From Octopus vulgaris (taxonomy: Eukaryota), in NCBI GenBank assembly GCA_951406725.2, contig OX597816.1:121644001-121708000 (forward strand): a stretch of DNA of 64,000 nucleotides, read 5' to 3'. The first letter of the stretch is position 1. Each line of letters starts with the position of its first letter. The position numbers and the translations under genes are program-made. Positions 52,847 to 64,000 of this stretch are shown here, one piece after another. Below the pieces are notes generated by a model that had not been told where the DNA came from, did not search any database, and was given only the letters and a program-made list of their open reading frames with translations.

Positions 52847-55800
52847 CAGCATCAGCAGCAGTAGCACTAGTTTTAAGTGCAGCAACAGGAATACCAGTGA
52901 AGAGCCTTTAAATGGTCATGCAACCTATTAGAAATAGCTGTCAAATCATTTTTAAATCACACCCTACAGTGTTATGTAAAGAAGGCTACATTCAGCAATG
53001 GACTCATTGATATACAAAAAATGTGATGATCACCGATGGAATATCTTTGATCATAGGTCAACTGAATCAGAGATGAACGGGGACTAAACAACGATAAAAA
53101 TAGTGGCTACTCGTATTGCTGTTTGTTTAACTCCAGATCTCTCAGCTACTGACGTCGGTCTCTATTTTTACCTCCAAACAGCACCAGATGGAAGGAGGAA
53201 AGTACAGCCAAAGAACAAAGAAGTGTTGGATTAACTTGTGTTGTTTAGGTCAAAACTGATAGCCAACTGAAGTATAAAAATAGCAGAGCTATACTAACCG
53301 CAATCTACAGTGTTAATGGGCTTTCTTCAGTTGTGTATGTACATAAATTTATGTGCAATAACTGGGCTTAAGATGATCCTTTCAGGCTTGTTGAGAACAT
53401 GACAATCTCCCTAGTGCTGGTGTTTCAATGAAGTGCACTCAGTACACTCTATAAGGTGGTTGGTGATAGGAAGGACATCCAGCTGAAGAAACCAAGCCAA
53501 AAATGAAATACATGAGCAAGATGTGGGCCCCTGGGCTCATCTAAGACAGTAGTAGCAACCAATTAGAATTGACTCTGATGATGATGATTCATCAAACCCT
53601 TGCCAAAATGGGAAAATGGATATAAAGCAATGATGATGGTGGTAGTGGTGGATGAGGAGGAGGAGTATGATGGAGAATTGGCATGGATGTTACAGTATCA
53701 AATAAAATACCTAGCAGTATTCATTTCAGTTCTTTAGATACTCTGAGTTCAAATCTTGTTTAGGGCAACTTTAGCTTTTATTTTTCAGGCTCAATAAATG
53801 AAGCACCCATCTAGGTGGATATATTAGTAGGACATGGTGATTTGTGGTATGTTTCAGCCCTTTGTGTTCTAAGTTCAAACTTCACTGATGGTTAGAGCTA
53901 ATAGCCTGAAAATAGCAGCATCCCTGCCTAACTGCAATTAGCCTACAACCAGCATAGATGGCATACTAAGGCTTTCATCCAACAACAACAACTCAACAAT
54001 GGAAGTGTATGTGTATGAATTTGTGTACATATGTGTATGTGTGTATATGAATTTGTGCGTGTATATCACTGCTATTATGCATAAGTGTCATAAGTTCAAA
54101 ACTTTGCTTTATCAGAAAACACAAACACAAAAAAGATGTCTCCATTCTATAGCAAAACCGTTGTACTACACTTTGACAATTTTTGATGGCTTAGCATCTG
54201 CAGCAGCTGGAGATATGATCATTTGACCAAAAGAACTGGCTCTTGGAAGCAAAGATAAATATTGAAAAAAATGCATTTGGCCAAATTTGGACATATAACA
54301 GTTTAACATAATAGCAACGATATGTATGTGTGTATGTGTGTATATGAATTGGTGTGCACATGTGTTTGTGTGCATATGACTTTGTGTGTATATGTGTATA
54401 GGTGTACATGGAATTTGTATTGCTATGAGTGTGCAGTTAAGAAATTCAATTTTCAATCACATGGTTTCAGATTCAGTTCCACCTTAAGAAAATGTCTTCT
54501 ACCAAAACCTTGTGAGTGGATTTGGTAGACAGAAACCGAAAGAATTGCATCATATATGTGTGTATGTGATTGTGGTTTTTTTTTGTCTTGGCATTGCATA
54601 AATAGTTGTTAGTGAACAGTGTTTTCCTTCATTTCCAATTTTTGTAAGAAAAGATTTCTTTGGGTAAATATTAGCTTGCTTGGAAACAAATGAAAGTTGG
54701 TAATAGGAAGGACATATGGTCATAGAAAATTTTCCTCAATGAATTCTATCTGACCCATTCAGGCATGGAAAAGTAGACATTGAAATGATGATGATGAGGA
54801 TGAAGATGATGATGATGTGGACATGTACATGAATTTATATGTATGTTTGTATACTGTTAAGGTACAGACATCTGCCTTGCACTGTGCTACTCTTCTATGT
54901 ATCCCTCTACTCTTGTGTGTGGCTACACCATATTGCACCACACTGAATTGAGCCCTGTAATACCTGAAAGATGTCACATCTGAACATTTGCTCTCCATCT
55001 ATGTTGTAGAACAATATTAATGGCTAAGTTGTCATTGTTTAGTCCCAGCTCAGCCCTGATAAAGAAGACTTACAATCAAAGGTGTTGAACAACAGCAGTT
55101 AGGTTGACTACACTGTTGAGATTTATGTGTCATGGCCATCAACTCATTAGAGTGCTGGTAAAAGTATATGAACTACTGACCTCTCTGTGGGTTATCTCCT
55201 AACTTATGCAACTGGCCATTCTGTCAGATAGGATCAACAGTGATCTGCTATTGGTAATCATGTAAGCCTACACTACCTATTTCTTTGTTGGACCATTAGC
55301 AACAAAACTGGGAATGTCATTCTAAGGTCTAACCCTAGTGTTTGAAAGGTGAATGAACACTCTGACAGGAAAAAAATAATTACTGTAGATGACCTCAACA
55401 TAGAGTCAGTAGTCATCCATCAAACTTTTTAATGGAGCAAGGTTCCATTAAAGCTTTTAAGTCTTGAATGCCAGCCACAAACATATTGGCCTAGCTCTTC
55501 TTCTGACTCAAAGAAATTAAAGAAAGAGAAACCTTTTGGTAGCTGTGAGGATCACCTAAGGTGGCTTGAACTAATGCTAGCTTAATATATTTGTTTTCTG
55601 TCACCTTATTGGAGTTACAGATACATTCCATTCCATCCAATTGGCCATCTATGTCATGTTTTCTTAGAAATAATCCTTTTTATTAAAGGTACAAGGCCTG
55701 AGATTAGGTGGGAGGCAACTAGTCGGTTACTTCAACCCCAGTGTTTCACTAGTACTTAAGTTTATCAATCCCGAAAGGATGAAAGGCAAAATCAACCTTG

Positions 55801-57796
55801 GTGGAATTTGGACTCAGAATGTAAAAATGGATGAAATGCCACTAAGCATTTTGTCTGGCATGCTTATGATTCTTCCAGCTTGCCACCTTGGTTTGTTAGA
55901 AATAATAACAAATATTTACCTCATATCACACCCTAATATTTAAAAAGAAAATGCAGTCACATTGAATAATACACAATGAATAAAATTTGTGCTAGATCAA
56001 AATTAACCTGGGGAATAAACAACATCAAGATTGGCTGGTCCCATATAATTGTTGTAGTTAAAGAAAAGGAGACAGTTCATAGAGGTTTTTGTGAAATTCA
56101 CACATCTAAATTTAACACTTCCAAATCAGCCATACTTAAATGCTCATACCTCTGAGATGTAGGAGTGTGCTAGATGAGTGTTGCCCTTCCTTAAAGGTGC
56201 TAAATTTTCTAAATAATAATTCCGTTCTTGCAGTATCACGATATAAACTGACTGTAATTTGTTTTCATATGTAACAATATACATTCAGACACGGATTCAG
56301 TCAGACTGAAGTCATGTTATGACTAGAAATAACTTTTAAAAAGTTTGTATATCTATTTTTGAGTAATTACTTAAGCCAGAGTGGTAAGTTCAGCAAGGAA
56401 GTACTCTCTGACAATAACAATCATATGCTCCTGCTGGGACAGTGCAGCTGTCACACACACACACATGCACACATAAATGCACACACATGCATGTATGCAA
56501 GCAGGCATACATGCACGTATGCTTACCCCTCCCAATTCCTCTCTCACCACCACCGCCACCACCAAACACACACCATGCATTCACTGCTAATTGCCTGATA
56601 GGCAACCCTCTATTATCATTAAACATTCTAGTAGAAAGTATTCTCTCCTCTCTATTTCTTCTATACAAGTGAAACAGACTCTTGCGCTTTCTGAACTTGT
56701 TGACTCTCTGCCACCACACTTTACTAGTCTTTCACTTGATGGAATACACCTGCCTCTCTTCTTGTCATTACTTTTACAGAACAGCTGACAATTGCTTTTA
56801 TCCCTACCAAACCCCCTGCCCCATCCTACCATAGTAAAACATGATTTACAACCCATTTTTTCTCCACAGGGAAGCTTTATCTGAACCCCACTGTCCTATT
56901 TATATTTCCCTATTTCACTCTTCCAACTCCTCCTATGAAGTGAGGTGGACCTAAAAGAAAACAAAGCAATGGGATTTCTACCTGTTATCATCTAAGGTTT
57001 TTATATAAAACATAGGTATAAGAGTTTATGATAAAGCCTCCATATAATCACTTACATTACTAAAAAGAGTAGCTAAATCTCTATCATACCACTCCCTATT
57101 TACTATCCTATAAATTGGAATTACTTATGCATTACAATATCTAGTTCTACATACATCACTATGCCTTGAAAAAATATATAAACAGTTGTGATTATGGCTG
57201 GAATACCTTTGATCATAGTGCTGTCTGTTCAATCAGTTTTGACCTTGGGCTAATCGACATGTGTGTGTGTGTGTATGGGTGTGCGTGTGTGTGCGTGTGT
57301 GTGTGTGCATGATAGAATTAAAAGCCTGCTTTAGTAAAGAAAAGAATATTGCCAAAGTAGAGGGTAGCAGCTGTACAAAATAGAGAAACAGGAATAATAA
57401 AAGAGAGAATGGAAAGATATGAAAAAAAAATTAATAAAAATGAATGAAAGACAGAATGATGAAAGAAGGAAAGAGAAGCTCCAATCCATTAGACTGAGTT
57501 GTTCTTTGTTAGATAAATACAATAACAGAAGCAATAGGATGAATATTGGACACTTCATAGAGCATACTGGCTCCTAACAAACAGACTTATGCACACATCT
57601 TCATACACATACACACAGACACAACACACATGCATACACATACAGGAACAAATATATTAATCCCCACACACATAAATACTTGTATACACACTCTTAAACA
57701 CATACATATACATACTCATACACAAGAATGCAGTTACATATACACATTAACATATATATGTGCATGTATATATATATGTATATATATATATTATAT

Positions 57797-57831
<35 letters not shown>

Positions 57832-59653
57832 GTGTGTGTGTGTGTACTGTCAAAATTCTAGTTGCCCTGGGCAACACAGATCAATCATTACAACAAAGTG
57901 AATGTTGAAGGTGATTGCTATTGAAAATGACTATTATTAATATTGATAAAAGAAAAATATACTTTTTGATAACTGAAACGTTATATATTCTTGAGATTGC
58001 GAAAACATAAACTGTGCATTTTGTATCCAGTTTACTACCCCTCTTTCTTGAATCGGGGTTGAAGGAAGTGGCTGCAGGTCACGTTGCTGTGCCTTACCCT
58101 TGTGCCCTCCCCACTGCAACTACAGTATAATTTATAATTATTTCTTACAATAGCACAAAGATTCAAATTTGTAGGTGGAGTATATATTTAATTACCATAT
58201 ATATCAGCATACAAGATGACCTTTAATAATATGTCCGACATTCACACTTAGCCAACAAAACAAAAAAAAAAAGAGGGGCATCATCATTGTTATCAGTCTT
58301 CCAAACCCAGGCAGGAAACATTGTTTTGACTAGTTTTTCAAATTATTGTTACTATCTGTTGGTCATAGCTTTTCATGAAAGTGTCACAATTTTACAGTGA
58401 AAGGCTGGAATTTAAATTCAGAATGTACAGAGCTGGATTTTATACAAGACATCCCATCCAATGCATTTACAATTCTACCTATCCACTGTCCTGGAATGGT
58501 CCCTTTTTTAGTGACCCCAGAAGGATGAAAGGCAAAGTCGACCCTGATACTACGAGGCATTTTATCCACATTTAACTCTTTACCATTCAGAATACTCTGT
58601 CACACGTAATGTTCATTTATTCATATCATTTTGAATTAATCATACATTATCTCGTAACTTCAAGATTGTGATGATGTGATGGCTATATTTAGAATGACAT
58701 TGTAGGATAGGTGCACAAAGCCAGATCTGATTGGTTTGAACATAAAACAGGTACAATACCTGGGCTAAATATGGTTGGTTTAAATGCTAAAGGGTTAATA
58801 AAACTCTAGTAATTTGCTGCTTTGTATCATTTTATACTTCACCTAATAAATGTGAAAGTTAGATGCTGTAAGTACAGTAAATTGCTACTTTGGATGATGT
58901 TAACTACCAGCAGGTATTATACATCCAGTTGTTTTGTATGGTAAATCAATCCTTACTTCATTAATTCTACAGAGTTAGTAGGTAAGAACAGTCTCAGTGG
59001 CATTAAAGCTTAGAAAGTTTGGAAATTGAAGTAAATACTATAAATATTTTTATATAATTTCTCCTGATTCACTGACCGTCCCCCATACAATGATACCTGA
59101 AAAGTCTGTCTTAGATAAAACATATTTGGGATAGAAAATTCTAGAGAGCTGTAACTCTAGGAAGGAAAGATTGAGGAAAATGCTTAGTGCAGGATTTGAG
59201 AAGTGAGTGCCAGTAGGTGTTGAAAGAAGGTGGGATGAGTGGAAAAGTATCAGATTTGCTATTGGCGTATAAATTGCTCTCAAGCATCTAGTAAAAAGAT
59301 AACAACTAAATTCATATATTACTTGGATTTCATTTGCTTTTTATCCTTCAAGTGTTGGCCAAAGTGATATGCCAATAAATATGAGCTAATATTATTCAGT
59401 GTATGTCCATTCTGCAACAAAATTTGGTCTTGGGTCTCATGAAAAATCCATTATTATTAATATGCCTTTTTTTTCATCTTCTTGTATAAAATTATAATTT
59501 TTCTAATTATTAACTTCATCTGAAGAAAGGAAAGATTTTTCAGCATTTACAGTTACACTGCATTTAAGTAGGTTTCATCTCTGACCTTATAGGTGAGGCT
59601 GGATTCAAACTGGGCTCCTTGTGTTGGTGGTCTTTGTATCCATAAGCCCACTG

Positions 59654-59692
<39 letters not shown>

Positions 59693-59694
<2 letters not shown>

Positions 59695-60599
59695 AGATAA
59701 AACTTACTTGGAAATGGATGCGTGGCATTCGATCATATAGTAATATAAATAATATATATATATATATATATATATATGCATATATACATAGATATATGTA
59801 CATGCCTACATATATATGTATATATACATGCATATGGGTACAGGATATCAAAAAAAAAACGTGAACATAAAAAACAAAAACATGGAAAAAGATTTTTTTT
59901 TGAATAACGAAAGAAACAAATAGAGAAACAAGACAGGCAACATAAAGAACATTCCCTTCATCAGTTGTTCCCTGTTTTATCTACTCCGTGTTTCAAACGT
60001 AGGAACAAGACGCAACTTCGTTAAAACAGTCATACCCGCAAAGCAAATTTTTAAAAATTTGGGATTTGCAGAGGGTTAAAGTGGTGACAAAAACAGGACA
60101 GTGACAACAAAACAGTAAAAACAAATGGTAAGGGTTGTTAAGCCATAATGAACGCTGGAGAAACGAACTTTGAGAAGAGACAGGCAAAAGCACATCTTGT
60201 CTTTAGGAAGGATGTGGAAGAAAGAAAGATTATAGCCATTGATCACATGTGAACAATGAGAGAGACACGAACTTTGAGAAGAGACAGGCAAAAGCACATC
60301 TTGTCTTTAGGAAGGATGTGGAAGAAAGAAAGATTATAGCCATTGATCACATGTGAACAATGAGAAAGACAAGGAGAAAGAGTGAGGGAGAAAGAGATTA
60401 GAGAAACGGTGGGAGAGAAAAACAGAAAAGAAGAGGAGCAAGAGAGGGAGATAGAATAGAGGTAGGTTGTAGAGTACACATCAGAATTATTAAGATAAAA
60501 CTTACTTGGAAATAGATGCCTGGTGTTCGATCATATAATAATATAAATAATATATATATACATGTATGCATGCATATATGTACATACCTACATATATAC
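59693..60599 (-). mobile_element. Non-coding element bounded by ~110-125-bp direct repeats (pseudo-LTR-like) with an internal 104-bp tandem duplication
   Basis: taagataaaacttacttggaaat...ttcgatcatat..taatataaataa at 59693 and 60491; 60164-60265 is repeated at 60268-60369. Confidence 0.6.
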
Positions 60600-61539
60600 G
60601 CTTACCAACTGAACTAGCAGTATGCATTTGTGTGTTTATTTGTGTCAGCAACTCTCCATCCATTAGGATGGGAATTAATTTTTGTCAACTTTTGCCCTGA
60701 AGAGATTTTTACCTTTTAAATGCATAATGCAATCTTAATTGAAAAATATGGATGAAGGTAAGAAATTGAAACATACATAGGCAATATGAAATTGACTATT
60801 ATATGAATAAATTGATTTTTTTCTGTGTTCAAACTCTCCATTTTCCTTATATTATATTATTAAAATTTTGTTCTATATCGAATGGATGCAAACATCTATA
60901 ACGACTACTGGAACTTCATAAGTGTTAACACTAATACTAACACAAATTAATGAATTCCAAGTATATTAATCGATATGGAGCTAAACTGGTATATGCTTGG
61001 ATAAAACACATCCTTGTGAAAGAGCAACCTCTTTCCATTTGAAACTTCATAAACACTCGTTATATACATAAATACATACATACATACATATATATATATA
61101 TTATATTTATATTTTTATATAGTCAATTCAATGAACAAGCAATACAATAAATGTAAAAAGAAAAACACGAGTGTGAGGACATGCACAGGAATTATATTAA
61201 TTTGATGCTCAGTGAAAGGAGAGAGTTTTTAACATTTCAAGTATAGCTCTTTGTTGGAAAGAGAAAGGGAGAGGTCCAAAGAAGGAGAAGGAAAATCGCC
61301 AAGGCCCACATTTTTTTCTGAAATTATATATATATCATCATCATCATTTAATATTTATTGTCCATGCTGGCATGGGTTGGATGGTTTGACAGGAGCTGAC
61401 CAGACAGGAGCCTGTGCGATGCTTCTGTGTCTGTTTTGGCATGGTTTTTATGGCTGGATACCCTTTCTAACACCAACCACTCTGTAGAGTGGGCTGAGTG
61501 CTTTTTATATTATATATATATATATATATATATAAACAG

Positions 61540-62549
61540 TGTAAAATCACAGAAAACCTTGGGATCTCACTTTCTACAGTTAATAGAGTGATTGTGCCAT
61601 TCACCAGAGATGGGAAGGAGTCCACATCACCTCACCCAGATCAACCAGGATCCTCTAACAGGACCCTTCCCTTTGCTAAGAGAAGTGGGGAGGATAATCC
61701 TCATTGCAAGACCTCTGACATAGCAGAGCAAGTTGATGTCAGTCCAAGAACAGCTGTCAGGTATCTCCACAAACTTGGTTACTATGGCAGAGCAGGAAGA
61801 AGGAAGCCACATCTTTGACCTACCAATACCAAGTGGAGAAAAGATTGGGCCAGTGAGATGGTGGAGAGGCCATTAGCACACTGTCATATTCATTGATGAG
61901 CCTAGATTTGCTGTATTTCCTAACAGTGGTTGAGTGTGGGTCTGGAGACTCTGTGATCAAGAATTTGATGTGAAAAGATTGCAACCAGCAATGAAACACA
62001 GCAGCTATTCTGTGATGGTCTGGGGAACAATTTGGAGCAATGGTTGATCAGAGCTGGTGGAGTGTGAGGGAAAGATAAACACAAATAAATATGCGTCCAT
62101 ATTGCAGAAAGGACTCCTTCCAAACTTTTCCAGGGGTAAAATGATTAAAGAAGACTCTCTATTTATGGAAGATGGGATTCCTTGTCACACAGTTAAAATG
62201 ACCCAAGATTTGTTGGAAAAGAATGGCATTAGAAAGCTTCCATAGCCAAGCTAGTCACGAGATATGAACCCTATGGAACACATCTGGGGCATAATGGACA
62301 AGACATTTCATAAGCAGAACAAGAAATCATCTTCAAAGCTAGATCTTTTGAGATTATTGCATGAAACTTAGCAAGAAATTCCGCAAAAGAATATACACCA
62401 GCTTATCAGTAACATGCCTAAAAGAGCATGTCTACTAAATATTAAATGTTCACATTATAACAACTAACAAATAATTTGAATGTATAATTTCAGATTTAAA
62501 TAAATTCTAATGATTATAAGGGTGTCTATTTACTTCTTTCATGTCTGTG
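61540..62549 (+). pseudogene. Decayed Tc1-type transposon, same family as 18030-18915
   Basis: [62 protein letters not shown]. Confidence 0.9.
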
Positions 62550-62581
<32 letters not shown>

Positions 62582-62721
62582 AGTTTAATAGAGAAGACGG
62601 AGTGTGCTGAAAAGCAGTTCATTATCATGACAATTGTTTCATCTTCATGATGCTCTGCTCCTTAGTGATCATGGAATGGTGCAATAACACCAGATGCAAC
62701 AGACAGTGCAAAGAAGACTCT

Positions 62722-62798
62722 TCAGGTGGCATAATATGCTTTCAAGTTTGGGGATTTACATTTCAGTTTTGCTGCATTGAGAAATTCGGTCAGTTCAA
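62722..62798 (-). CDS. Candidate terminal coding exon (x)ELTEFLNAAKLKCKSPNLKAYYAT*
   Basis: Pyrimidine tract ending atatccag, an open phase-1 frame to TGA, and ATTAAA ~135 nt downstream. No homology recognised. Confidence 0.25.
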
Positions 62799-64000
62799 CT
62801 GGATATGTTCAAACGAAGAAGAAAAAAAAAATTCACGAATGGAATTAGAGAGCACCTAACATGAATGGGGTGGGGTGGGGTGTGGTGGGGTGTGGCGGGG
62901 TGTTTTTATTTGGGGTCATGATGTTATTATTAAAAATAAGAGTTAGTTCCTTCTCGAGCCATTCCTGGCTCATAAGGGCCGGTTTCCCGGTTTCTGTGGC
63001 ATATAGGTTCCCCACCTAGACGGGATGCTAGTCCGTCACAGGTGAGCTGCAAGATGCAGGAGGAAAAAGTGAGAGAAAGTTGTGGCGAAGGAGTCAGCAG
63101 AAGTTTGCCATTACCTTCTGCCGGAGCCGCATGGAGCTTAGGTGTTTCGCTCGTAAACACACACATCACCCGGTCTGAGATTTGAAACCACGATCCCCCG
63201 ACCGCGAATCCGCTGCTCTAACCATTAGGCCATGTGCCTCCACATATTAAAAATAAGAGATACAAAATTTTTAAAAATAAATAATTGAAAAAATATATAG
63301 AATGTAGTGTATATGGAGGGGCCTGAGGATGTGTAAGTCTTTGATATGTGGTAGAAATGGCAGCCAAGTGTGATGACCTGCTCAGATTTAGGCCATTTGC
63401 CATCGTGGCTATGAACGTTTAAATAGACACACTACACAATCATAAGTTTATTCATACCTACACACCAGTACACTTTCTAATCCCTTAATCCTTTAACTTT
63501 AAAACCGACTTACATATATTTATATATATATATATTGGCCTGCTCGCTTAGCCAGTGGGGTGGCGTCATTTGAAGGCTAAAACAATGTGAAGCGCATTGT
63601 GACCAGCGATGTGTAGCAACATTTGATAGCTTGGTCGGTCACGGTGATCACGGTGATATATATATTAATAATAATAATAAAAATAATAATAACAATAATA
63701 ATAATAATAATGATAATAATAATGATAATAATAATAATAATTATAATAATAATAATAATATTAGGGAGTATAACTCCAAACTTACAGGGTATAATTCAAT
63801 TTAGTATTAAATCAAATTTCACAATACAAATATTTAAAATATAAATTAGAGATAAAACCACTATTATGCAATTCAAACAATGATAGACATAAACCAAAAC
63901 ATAAATAACAAATAAAATATATTTTTATAAAACATATAACTAGATCACAAAAAGTATAAAAATGAATAATCAATATATAATAAGTAATTATTATACATAT

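Noticed and set aside
53137-53235. Plus-strand frame DLSATDVGLYFY resembling an Ig-domain motif
   Set aside because: Lacks the conserved Cys, and the apparent acceptor overlaps a dispersed repeat motif.
54850-55000. ORF MESKCSDVTSFRYY...
   Set aside because: More consistent with a decayed LINE RT-thumb fragment than a host exon; too weak to call either way.

Overview
AT-rich, microsatellite-dense eukaryotic DNA; the repeat content suggests an octopod cephalopod (my inference, not verified). No intact protein-coding gene, rRNA, bona fide tRNA or CRISPR array is visible. The window is a mosaic of tRNA-derived SINEs, decayed LINEs (RTE, CR1/L2, R4/Dong), Tc1/mariner remnants, TTAA- and hAT-type MITEs and Helitron/Helentron derivatives, with a few isolated candidate small exons. 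The most notable object is a TSD-flanked composite at 48.87-49.44 kb inside an RTE LINE: a Pol III tRNA-like head joined to a tail carrying a minimal type I hammerhead ribozyme, with the tail present as an inverted pair. This looks like a SINE built for Penelope-like mobilisation. Other degenerate hammerheads and fold-back structures occur at about 5.0-5.4, 29.6, 60 and 61.2 kb. Element boundaries were read by eye and are approximate unless a TSD or TIR is quoted.
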